Assembly (NCBI GenBank): GCA_965198235.1 | Contig: OZ240248.1 | Span: 2,880,001 to 2,944,000 of the forward strand | From: Candidatus Poribacteria bacterium | Lineage (GTDB): Bacteria > Poribacteria > WGA-4E > WGA-3G | Length of the DNA: 64,000 bases | Direction: 5' to 3' | Part shown: piece after piece, positions 18,993 to 27,862 of the stretch | Numbering within the stretch: position 1 is the stretch's first letter | How the letters are laid out: each line of letters starts with the position of its first letter | The notes under the pieces: model-generated | Database searches by the model: none | Seen by the model: the letters and a program-made list of their open reading frames with translations, nothing else | What the model was told of the DNA's origin: nothing | Program-made: the position numbers and the translations under genes

Positions 18993-20906
18993 TTATCCGG
19001 GTAAGGCACCTTGGTAATTCACACCAGTAAACATCCCGATCACCATCCAAATCCCGACAATGCCAAACTCACCAATAATCAATCCCATAAACAGCGGTCG
19101 GAGTCTTCGATAGGATCCGATGCCACCGGATTTCAGTGCCAAATATTTCAAAAACCAGCCAATACATATACAAGACCAGAGGAAATAGGAGGAATAAACC
19201 GCACCCATCACATATCCAATCGGGTGAAGTTGCCACCACATAAATTGGCGCTGCATAATCAGTAGAAAGCTAGTGATGCCGGTTCCCAAAAGCATGCTGT
19301 ACGCCTCCCCCAATTTCGCGTCTTTCGGGTATTGAATCAGTGAAACCATATGATTGAAGTATCTCGGTGATCCGACGAAGGGACCCCTTTGCAAATTTAA
19401 TCCGCCTTTTTCATAAATCAAGGGCAACGATGCCGCATAGGAAACACCGATAGCAACAACAATAGCAAGCACCATCGCGCCGAGGATGCTTCTTCGATTT
19501 AATCCGACTGGATCCGCCGCTTTGAATCCATGCAGAACGCTCGGCATCAAGATGCCGCCCCAGTCACGCATCATTACCCGCTGAAATCCTAAGAGTGCCA
19601 AACTGTTCGCATTAATGATTCTTGAACCCGTAATAATCTCAAAGTATTCTACGGGATACATCGGTGCCTGAATCAGTAGCATTCCACCGTTGACGACCAT
19701 CCACGATAGCGCAGTAGAAGCAATCAGGAACAGGACAATAATGCTACAAGCGACCCAAAGCGACATCCCCGCGTAGACGCAGAGACCCGCAAGCAACAGA
19801 AAACTAAAAATTGTCCCCAGCACTGCCCATCTATACGGTAATACTTCACCCGAATCATCAATCGCTGTGGAGGCAGCGGACTCCAAAAACGTTCGTCTCA
19901 GGAGATCTTTGATATGGGTTCGACTGTTAAGCAGGAAGGCGAGGACCATAACCACATAGGCAGCCATTGTTTGTCCTCTGGCAGATATCCACGGACTGAT
20001 AGGGATGGCGAAGGCATTGATGATAATGTATTGTAACTTGAAGAATAGGAAGAAAAACCAGCAACTGAAAGACACCTCCATGGCGAGAAAGTAGGTTATA
20101 CCGATAACAGAGAAATACAGAAAGAACCGAAATTGCGGCCACCAACCCATCACAATCCACGGGCGCTCCGTGAATGGGGTGTACAGGTCATACCGATTCG
20201 GAATGCGCGGGAGTGCGGGGAAATACTCGTGCAGTCCATTGAGTAGGTGAAAGAAGGCGGCGATTCCAAACCCTACCCACACGAGCCTATTCTTGAACAA
20301 ACTGTTCAGACCCGCGTGCATTGAGGTTTGCTGAACCATCTCCACAGGCACAGTAACGAGTGGAAAGATGAACCTTTCGCGTTCAACCCACTGTTTTCTT
20401 AATACAACCGATACGCAAATCGTCAGCGCGTAGAACAGTAGGATAAAAACTGTCCAAACGAGGAGCGGTTTTGCCCAGAGTGCCCAAGGAACAATTGATT
20501 CTCCCTCGTAGAAATCGGTGACGGCGTACTCATCCCACACAATTAGCCATTCGGGGAAATGAGGATGAAGCGTTTCTGCCCACTCATTCTCAGGTGTAGC
20601 AAAATAGACCGGTGCCGCCAAGTAGGGAAGTAAATACCCGATCATCCCCTTCGATGGAATCGCTGAACTGATTACCATCATAACCCAGACTGTCATCAAT
20701 TCCCCCGGATTTAGCACCGCTCGGGGAAATACTTTCTTCAGAATGGGATTGACGACCAAGGTGAGAAAAATCAGTGTAAACACTGTCCCCAAAGGAAAAT
20801 GATTTCCGGCGATATCTGTTCCTTGGAGGTAGTAGTCGTTATAGGGGGTAATTGCTGTCTGTATAATGACGAGTGCCAAACCGATCAGAATCGCTCTCAC
20901 GCTCAT
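18993..20906 (-). CDS. Polytopic membrane protein, DUF6785/DUF6784-like (putative peptide transporter)
   Basis: Many TM helices; LRKQWVERERFIFPL and WWQLHPIGY motifs; paralogue at 57844. Confidence 0.7.
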   Translation of the reverse strand: MSVRAILIGLALVIIQTAITPYNDYYLQGTDIAGNHFPLGTVFTLIFLTLVVNPILKKVFPRAVLNPGELMTVWVMMVISSAIPSKGMIGYLLPYLAAPVYFATPENEWAETLHPHFPEWLIVWDEYAVTDFYEGESIVPWALWAKPLLVWTVFILLFYALTICVSVVLRKQWVERERFIFPLVTVPVEMVQQTSMHAGLNSLFKNRLVWVGFGIAAFFHLLNGLHEYFPALPRIPNRYDLYTPFTERPWIVMGWWPQFRFFLYFSVIGITYFLAMEVSFSCWFFFLFFKLQYIIINAFAIPISPWISARGQTMAAYVVMVLAFLLNSRTHIKDLLRRTFLESAASTAIDDSGEVLPYRWAVLGTIFSFLLLAGLCVYAGMSLWVACSIIVLFLIASTALSWMVVNGGMLLIQAPMYPVEYFEIITGSRIINANSLALLGFQRVMMRDWGGILMPSVLHGFKAADPVGLNRRSILGAMVLAIVVAIGVSYAASLPLIYEKGGLNLQRGPFVGSPRYFNHMVSLIQYPKDAKLGEAYSMLLGTGITSFLLIMQRQFMWWQLHPIGYVMGAVYSSYFLWSCICIGWFLKYLALKSGGIGSYRRLRPLFMGLIIGEFGIVGIWMVIGMFTGVNYQGALPG

Positions 20907-20931
20907 CTATTGTCCCCCCTTGTTTCTTTCT

Positions 20932-20993
20932 GGTAGCTAAGAATTCTTGTGAACCATTCTATCAAATCCTCTCTTTTTGATTAAGGAAAATCT
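20932..20993 (-). promoter_or_regulatory. Conserved promoter/operator block, copy 1
   Basis: Highly similar to 42739-42800; minus strand TTAATC-17bp-TAGAAT with ATCAAA-N9-TTTGAT inverted repeat. Confidence 0.65.
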
Positions 20994-21048
20994 TGAAACG
21001 CAATTCAAACTTGAAGAATCGTCGTTAGACTGTTATACCAGTTGTATC

Positions 21049-23553
21049 TTATGGATTATCACTGAACACTGGCTCTTTTGCCGGTCGGACCACCCACGCT
21101 TCAAAGGCAGCCTCAAACGACCCTGTCGTGTCTCCGAGGTAGAGGTGCTGGATACTTTCGATCGGAACCGTTATTTCTCCGTAGATTGGCGAACGGCCCA
21201 ACAACTCATCATCTTTGATCTCAAGCGGTTCAAAAATCAGAATTGAACCGTCGGTTAACCTGATAGAAACCTCAGATTGAGTGGCTGTCGGTTCTCGGCT
21301 CTCGATTGTCAGAGGAAGAGGGTTTTGTTCTTTCTGACGGCTGACCGCTGATGGCTGATCGCTATTAACACTGACATCGACCACCCGCGCCACGCGGTCT
21401 ATAGGAATGGAAAACTGGCGTAGCTTAGAATCAAACTGAATCGTTTCGCCATTGAAACCCACCAGTTTCCCACGTTTCATATCCCCGTTCTCTGCCACCA
21501 GGATATGGTTCGGTGGCGTGTCTCGGTTGAAACGCGGAACGGTTAACGCACGCTCCAATTTCACGTCTAACTTGCGATTTTTAGATATGCCATCATCGAA
21601 GACCACTTCGGCTAAATTCTGGCCCGGGCGGAGTTCTATTTTCTTGCCATCTACCATGAATATCACATTGCCATCTTTCAAATCTATCACGCCCAAATCT
21701 ATCACGCCACCCTCTGCCAGAAATTCCTCCAAGTTACCATCTCCTTTGAACTCAATTCTATGTATTTCGCGATTATTGAACTGGCCCTCTTCCTTCCCCA
21801 AAGCGATATAGGGACGTTTGCTGTTTGTCGAATGTGCTCTGTCGATATAGTTTGCGTGCGTCCTACCAGAGAACTCAAGTGCTTTCACGTCTGCCGAATC
21901 AATGAGGTGCGCGCTGATAAAAGGAGACTGGAAACCGACGGTCCCGCGCAAGCCTGTAGAGGCTTGCGGGACAATGTATGACGAGATTTGACACGGAATG
22001 ATCTCTCCGCTCTTCAGATGCAATATATGACGGAATCGCGACATGTCAAAGGGCCACACCTTCGATGCACGCCTATTGTTGCGTTCTATGTGAGCTCTCC
22101 GAATGTTCGCCAGTCGTACGGCTTCCGCCGCACCGACGGGTTTCCAGCGGATGAACGATCCATCCTCCACGTCGAATAGAACGCGGCCACGGAGATTCCC
22201 TGACGGGTGAAATAATCTATCCTCGTCTTCAATCTGCCCATGATTCTTGGGACTACTTAATTCCACCCGAAGCAGTGAAGCACCCGCAAATACACATTCT
22301 ATCGGTTCATTCGCGAACGCGGTCTGTACCAACACACTCTCTGGGTTCACTTGCGCAATCTTGCCGCGCAAAACTGCACCGTCGGGATATGTCAAGGCAA
22401 CGGGTTGTTCCATTTCGACTAACGCAGCACCCGGCTGAACAACACGGTCAATTTGCTGGATATCGATGTCATACCGATTTTCACCTGCATCAAGAACATA
22501 ATTACTTTCTTTCTTGACAAACAACTTACCATAAACGACTTGTCCATTCATCATGTGGACCCGCGGTTTGGAAGAATCGACTTGTTGCTGTGTAGAACCA
22601 ACAGGCTGCCGGTAGACTCTTAACCGCCGCACCGTCAGATTCTGACCTCGGTTGAAAATATAGAGACCTGATTCCTCAACTGTCTGACCGACCTCATCCA
22701 ATTTCAGCAGCAAATTGCCAGTAAAATCAAACACCTCCAGTACACCGGTGTCCCCATCATAAGCAAGGCGCAAACGGAAGTGTCGCCGATCCGGCTGGAT
22801 CGTCAATACCGGCTCGAACAGCGTGCCTTGAACGACTACGAGTTCGTTAACCCAAGTTTCCAACCGCAATGCCTCGTACAGGTTTTTGCCAAGCGCGAAA
22901 ACAAAACCCGGAGGACGCGCCGCAGATGCTAATTCCAAGTCAATCTCAAAATGCTGGGGCCAGTCAAGCGCATGGAAAATTGTCGCCTTGACTTTATCTG
23001 TCCGTAGATGACCGCCGCGATCCGCATACCAATCCGGGCGGGCATTCCCACCAAACAGCAACATGAGCTCGTTCGCATCCCGTTTGGGCAATTCCCAATT
23101 CGTCAGTTGGGAACCGTCGAAGATAAGATTAGGGTGCACCCGACGTTCAACGGTATAGATCGCCTCGCGATTCACTCGAAACCGACCGTGTCGCTCACTG
23201 GAAAAGAGAAAAGTCCCCTCATCCGAATCAACTATGTCGGCGATCCAGATATCTCCGGATACGGTGCCAACGCGAAACGCCTCCATTGCTGGGGCGGACT
23301 GCTTCGGGAAAACAACCGAATCCAATACACTAATATCAATAACCAAATCGTCCGAAAAGTAAGGCGATGCCCAGTGAATCACGCCAGGCGCGCTTTCCAG
23401 TAGGTTACCCGGGAGGGCATCGCCATTTTTCCAACGCAATGTTTGCATATCAGTTTGCAAAGTCGCTGTTTTCTGAGCCTGTATTATCGGAGTCCATAAC
23501 ACCGTCAATACCGCGGCAACAACAAGCAGTCTCTTTAGATTCCATTGCATCAT
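21049..23553 (-). CDS. Large exported hypothetical protein (repeated LxLxxGDxLxG beta motifs), last gene of the MoxR operon
   Basis: 834 aa ORF, signal peptide, GGAG RBS. Confidence 0.75.
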   Translation of the reverse strand: MMQWNLKRLLVVAAVLTVLWTPIIQAQKTATLQTDMQTLRWKNGDALPGNLLESAPGVIHWASPYFSDDLVIDISVLDSVVFPKQSAPAMEAFRVGTVSGDIWIADIVDSDEGTFLFSSERHGRFRVNREAIYTVERRVHPNLIFDGSQLTNWELPKRDANELMLLFGGNARPDWYADRGGHLRTDKVKATIFHALDWPQHFEIDLELASAARPPGFVFALGKNLYEALRLETWVNELVVVQGTLFEPVLTIQPDRRHFRLRLAYDGDTGVLEVFDFTGNLLLKLDEVGQTVEESGLYIFNRGQNLTVRRLRVYRQPVGSTQQQVDSSKPRVHMMNGQVVYGKLFVKKESNYVLDAGENRYDIDIQQIDRVVQPGAALVEMEQPVALTYPDGAVLRGKIAQVNPESVLVQTAFANEPIECVFAGASLLRVELSSPKNHGQIEDEDRLFHPSGNLRGRVLFDVEDGSFIRWKPVGAAEAVRLANIRRAHIERNNRRASKVWPFDMSRFRHILHLKSGEIIPCQISSYIVPQASTGLRGTVGFQSPFISAHLIDSADVKALEFSGRTHANYIDRAHSTNSKRPYIALGKEEGQFNNREIHRIEFKGDGNLEEFLAEGGVIDLGVIDLKDGNVIFMVDGKKIELRPGQNLAEVVFDDGISKNRKLDVKLERALTVPRFNRDTPPNHILVAENGDMKRGKLVGFNGETIQFDSKLRQFSIPIDRVARVVDVSVNSDQPSAVSRQKEQNPLPLTIESREPTATQSEVSIRLTDGSILIFEPLEIKDDELLGRSPIYGEITVPIESIQHLYLGDTTGSFEAAFEAWVVRPAKEPVFSDNP

Positions 23554-23578
23554 ATTTCTCCTTTTCAGAGGAAGCGTT

Positions 23579-23688
23579 GTCAGTTATCGGTTAACGGTTA
23601 TCGGTAACAAGAGGTGTTTTTGATAGGGTGTTTCCCCTTGGTTAAACGAAAACCTCTTATCGACGACCGACGACTGATAACCGATAAT
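23579..23688. repeat. Inverted heptamer arrays (GTTATCG/CGATAAC type) enclosing a 24-bp module
   Basis: GTTATCG GTTAACG GTTATCG ... CTGATAA CCGATAA; GGTGTTTTTGATAGGGTGTTTCCC at 23613-23636. Confidence 0.75.
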
Positions 23689-23692
23689 CCTT

Positions 23693-24868
23693 TTATCTTT
23701 CATAAATAGGCAAGAGACGATAGTTCAACGCCAAAGCGAGGATAGCCATTCCAGTACCGTAGGCTCTGCCATGGGAGCTCGAGAAACTACCGTCTTCTGC
23801 CTGCGTCTCTTGGAGCCACTCGATGGTTCTTTGATTCCAAGCCTTCCACGCCTCAAAGTCACTTTGAAACAGTGCCTGAGCCATATAGTAAAGGTTATAG
23901 AACAGGTGTCCAGTACCGCGATGGTCAATTCGACGCTTGATGAACTCGGAAGCGGCTTTGTATTCAGGGGTATCTTTTCTTTTTGCAATCGCGTAAATCA
24001 GGACTCCTATTGCTGACCGGGTGAGTCCACTACCATGACTGCTTGTCATCTGATACGTTACACTCCCGTCTTGCATCGTGTGTGTCTGAAAAAAGCTCAC
24101 CGCCTTGTCAACGGCTTCGTTGGGAATCTCAATACCAGCGTTTCGAGCACCGAGTAAACCCATCAACACAGTTCCAGCTACAGTTGTGTCAGCATCTTGG
24201 GAATCTGGGGAGTAACGCCAAGCCCCCCATGGATTCTTCCGCTGTGAAGTCAACGAAGAGCGCACTGCCAGTTCCAACGCCTCGCTAATGGTGCGTCGCC
24301 GTTCGGACGGGATGTCACTCCCTTCCCAGAGCAGTCGCTCGCTTACTGCACCATACGCTTCGGACAGTGCCAACAAGGCAAAACCGTGCTGGTACATGGA
24401 GCCATGTCCGCCCCAAGTTCCACCGATGTACCCCGTTCTCGCATCCTGGTTGGAGATGATATTGCGCAACGCTTTACGGATGTTCGTGGCATAAGGACCA
24501 AAGTCAGGATCTTCGCCACTCGCCATCAATGCCATGACACAAATCCCTGTTACGCCGGGTCCACTCCCTGCTCCTGACCAGCCTCCATCCTCCATTTGCG
24601 AGTTAGCGAGATAGCGTAAACCGCGGTCATTGATGATACGAACCCCCGCGGGCACACCCGTACCATAGCGAAGGGCGACATCCTGTGCATGCGCAGATTC
24701 GATTGAAAATATGACCAGCAGTACCACAAGGAAAAAATAAAGAAGTTCGCGAGTGTATCCAAAGTGGATAGGCGGGAACTCCGATTCCCGACGAAAATTG
24801 TTGACAACTTTACGGACTTTAGCACACTTTACAGACTTTGAAACTTTCATTACTGTCACCTCCGCCAT
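23693..24868 (-). CDS. Prenyltransferase/squalene-oxidase (QW) repeat protein
   Basis: LRYLANSQMEDGGW, GSMYQHGFALLALSE, WGAWRY, QAEDGSF. Confidence 0.85.
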   Translation of the reverse strand: MAEVTVMKVSKSVKCAKVRKVVNNFRRESEFPPIHFGYTRELLYFFLVVLLVIFSIESAHAQDVALRYGTGVPAGVRIINDRGLRYLANSQMEDGGWSGAGSGPGVTGICVMALMASGEDPDFGPYATNIRKALRNIISNQDARTGYIGGTWGGHGSMYQHGFALLALSEAYGAVSERLLWEGSDIPSERRRTISEALELAVRSSLTSQRKNPWGAWRYSPDSQDADTTVAGTVLMGLLGARNAGIEIPNEAVDKAVSFFQTHTMQDGSVTYQMTSSHGSGLTRSAIGVLIYAIAKRKDTPEYKAASEFIKRRIDHRGTGHLFYNLYYMAQALFQSDFEAWKAWNQRTIEWLQETQAEDGSFSSSHGRAYGTGMAILALALNYRLLPIYER

Positions 24869-26655
24869 GCAATCGGACCGAATACACGTTCAAACTCCCC
24901 ACGCTGCCAAGGCGTCAGGACTTCAAAGTCTACCGTCTGTGGGAAGAGTTGGAAAAACATCGAGGTCGAAGAGCTTCTCTCGCTAAACGGGGTGGGGACC
25001 AACTGCAACGCTGCCGTTTCCAACTGCTCCCGCTGCATGTCATCTAAAAGCAACTGCGTATCCATGCACGCCACCACTATATCACGCAAAGCCCGTTGAC
25101 GCAAAGTTTCTCTTTCGGCTTGGTGCTCGCTATACCGCGCAAACGCCTCTTCAGAAAGCACATCTTTGATCGCCTGTTGGTACAGCGGATAGCTTGTAAT
25201 GTCAATCTTAGACCCTTCATCTCTGGATAATTCATCTATCGCGTTCTTCACAGTGAAGTTAAGCATCGCAGCAGCCTCTTCACGAGTCATTTTGCCATCT
25301 TCGACTTTCTTCATGAGATCCGCTTCAACTTCCCGGGATATCGCTTCACGAGTTTGGTCGTGGGCTTCAAAGTACTGTTGAGCTAAACCTTTGGCAGCGA
25401 GTGCCAAACGTCGAGCCGCACGTTCATCGAGGGTCCCTAACAACTCGGTATGCGCTGCGAGTTTGGCTTCGGCGATCTCCATCATTTGCTCTTGAGATCC
25501 CGCTATATCCGCGTTAAGTTCAATCCAAGGTTGCTTCCCTGGCTGGTCAATCACTATATCGCCGATCACTATTTTAACTTTTTTCTCCATCTCAATATGC
25601 TTGACTGGTTCCTCGAGGATAACCGTAAGCTGTTTATCCTCGACGATATTCTTGATCTCGGCTTCGGGTACGAAGACAAGGACACGTTCTCTGTTTGCAC
25701 TCGCGTTAACCAATCCCTCCCAAACTTTGGACTGCGCCTCACTCAAGACACCATCCAGAGAGGCTTTCAACCTGTAGTGTGCCAGCTGTGCCGCCTGTTG
25801 TGAACTGAACCGCAACGCGTTCATTGAGCTCGGAAAAAGTTCGTTCTCTGTTGCATCAAGCAGTGACTGTACAACCTTTTCGCGTTGATCTGCTCTCAAA
25901 CTGAGTTCCTTATCAAGTGCGACAGTTATCCAATGAACGACTGCCTGTCGATCTCGCTGCCGCCGTGCCTCCGTAAATTCCAAATAATCCTGAAGCTGCG
26001 CCTCGCTCAAGTGTTTAGTGAACGCTGCTTTGCAGCCTGGATGCGACAATACCATTTCAAGCAACGGCATGTTCCCTTCTTCCATTAGTTTTGCCAAGAC
26101 ACTCAGATCGCCACCCTGTTCCAACGCACCCTCAATTGAATCGAGAATTGACTGATGAAGTGCTTTGACAACCGCCTCGTCCAGATCATAACGTTTGCCA
26201 ACACCTTCGGCAACGCGTTGGAGCACGGACACAATACGCTGTTTGACGATGATGTTCATTCTTTCATCCGGTTGCACTTCAAAGAACAGCTCGATTTTGC
26301 CTTTTTCAATCATTTTGAGCGGAACGAAGTGATCACCACCTTTAACGATGCTAACAGGTTTCCCAACCCGATCGCCGTATCCGTCTTTAGATATACTAAT
26401 CAAGTAGCGTCCAGCCGGAAGCCCAGCGTGTTTGTAATCGCCGTTGGCATCTGTTTTTGTTGTCCATTCCTGGTTTCCGCCATCTTGGGCAACAATCTTG
26501 ACTTCAACACCCTCAATCGGGTTCTGAGCTGGTGTTAGATCCGTAATCTGCCCCCGGACGGTCCCACCATTCAGAGCATCGTCTTGTGCGAAAACAACAC
26601 CAAGCGACATACCAACACAAGCAACCACTATTAACACAAATCGTAAATGACTCAT
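24856..26655 (-). CDS. Exported protein with N-terminal carboxypeptidase regulatory-like domain and helical C-terminus
   Basis: GTVRGQITD...PIEGVEV...TDANGDY...LPAGRYLISISKDGY. Confidence 0.75.
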   Translation of the reverse strand: MSHLRFVLIVVACVGMSLGVVFAQDDALNGGTVRGQITDLTPAQNPIEGVEVKIVAQDGGNQEWTTKTDANGDYKHAGLPAGRYLISISKDGYGDRVGKPVSIVKGGDHFVPLKMIEKGKIELFFEVQPDERMNIIVKQRIVSVLQRVAEGVGKRYDLDEAVVKALHQSILDSIEGALEQGGDLSVLAKLMEEGNMPLLEMVLSHPGCKAAFTKHLSEAQLQDYLEFTEARRQRDRQAVVHWITVALDKELSLRADQREKVVQSLLDATENELFPSSMNALRFSSQQAAQLAHYRLKASLDGVLSEAQSKVWEGLVNASANRERVLVFVPEAEIKNIVEDKQLTVILEEPVKHIEMEKKVKIVIGDIVIDQPGKQPWIELNADIAGSQEQMMEIAEAKLAAHTELLGTLDERAARRLALAAKGLAQQYFEAHDQTREAISREVEADLMKKVEDGKMTREEAAAMLNFTVKNAIDELSRDEGSKIDITSYPLYQQAIKDVLSEEAFARYSEHQAERETLRQRALRDIVVACMDTQLLLDDMQREQLETAALQLVPTPFSERSSSTSMFFQLFPQTVDFEVLTPWQRGEFERVFGPIAWRR

Positions 26656-26678
26656 CCGTTCAATCCTCCTTGTGATCC

Positions 26679-26840
26679 CTACAGAGATGTCACCCCTACG
26701 GGGTTCAGTCTCCGCTGAAATTCACCAGACACCGGGGTCCCCGTCCGTTACTGGAAAGGGGGTTTTTGCTTGGGTGTTTCTTCGGATTTCTTCGATGAAA
26801 CGTAGTGGAACGATGTCCAGGTGGCCATAGTTAGAAAATC
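26679..26840. repeat. Composite intergenic repeat stack (four families)
   Basis: 26679-26708 matches 29247-29276; 26731-26760 matches revcomp 34875-34904; 24-bp module 26758-26780; 26795-26840 matches revcomp 37100-37145. Confidence 0.8.
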
Positions 26841-26914
26841 ATTCTCGTGCTGAACTCACATTTTACGTGGAACTTTAATGTGAATTTAGTATAACCGGTT
26901 GAACGCTCTACCAT

Positions 26915-27862
26915 CTAACTTTCTCGGATTGTAGCCAAACCCGTCTGCCATTCCTGACCTTTCTTGCCTGCATAGAGCATGGCATAGGGGTCCTCGGTTT
27001 CAAGGATCTGTCCTGTTAGCACACCATCACAGTCAAACGCATTAGGATCGTCCGACGGTATGAATACGGGGTTATAAGGGTTCGGCTCGAAAGTATGAAA
27101 ATCGCGGGTCCGCACATGTCCGATCCGCCAGACTTCGCCATCGTACCCACCGTAGAGAATATGGAAGTATTGTGGACCTTTGAACAATTCGGTTTCACGA
27201 ACGGCTCGGCTGTCCCACGTCTGCCCACTACCTCTGAAAACCGGATTATCAGGATTTTTTGTGACCAACGCTGGATCGCTCGTCGGCGCGGTCGCATGAC
27301 ACATAGTTAACCCCTCGCCGAATGACCGTGTCGCCTTCCCCGTATAAACGATGTGAATCGTGTCGTCCTCTATCACAACCGAAGGGTGACTGGAACCGTA
27401 CTGCTCGTGTTCGGTATCCGCAGGAATGACAGGAGTACGCCGGACACGCCGCCACTCACCGAGGTCCCTATCGCTCACAAGTAGCCCCGTCTGTTCGGGT
27501 GTTGTTTCCCCCTTGCCCCGATAGTACATGTAGAACTTACCGTCAGTAGGATTTAGGAACGGGAAAGGATACTCAACGGCTGCGTTATCGAAACCGTCCG
27601 CTGAAGGCTCAAGGATAGGGTTCCGCGCATCCTGCGTGATGTCGGTGAGATCACTGATCGGAGCCGTCGCATGCATTATCAACCATCGAACACCAAGGTC
27701 GCGCTTACACCAGATGTAATGTACTTTCCCATCAACGATAATAGCATGGGTCGCCGCCGCCCAAAGCGGGGGCGGAAGGGAAATGATCGGATTGCCCGTC
27801 TCGATCCTCTTGAAACTGGCGAATACCTCGAACGAAATAGGATCTTTCCGCGCATTTATCAT
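26915..27862 (-). CDS. Five-bladed beta-propeller glycosidase-like protein (GH32/43/130-type)
   Basis: Repeated NP(I/V)(L/F)xP, FDNAAVEYP, WDSRAVRE, FYMYYRG. Confidence 0.7.
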   Translation of the reverse strand: MINARKDPISFEVFASFKRIETGNPIISLPPPLWAAATHAIIVDGKVHYIWCKRDLGVRWLIMHATAPISDLTDITQDARNPILEPSADGFDNAAVEYPFPFLNPTDGKFYMYYRGKGETTPEQTGLLVSDRDLGEWRRVRRTPVIPADTEHEQYGSSHPSVVIEDDTIHIVYTGKATRSFGEGLTMCHATAPTSDPALVTKNPDNPVFRGSGQTWDSRAVRETELFKGPQYFHILYGGYDGEVWRIGHVRTRDFHTFEPNPYNPVFIPSDDPNAFDCDGVLTGQILETEDPYAMLYAGKKGQEWQTGLATIRES

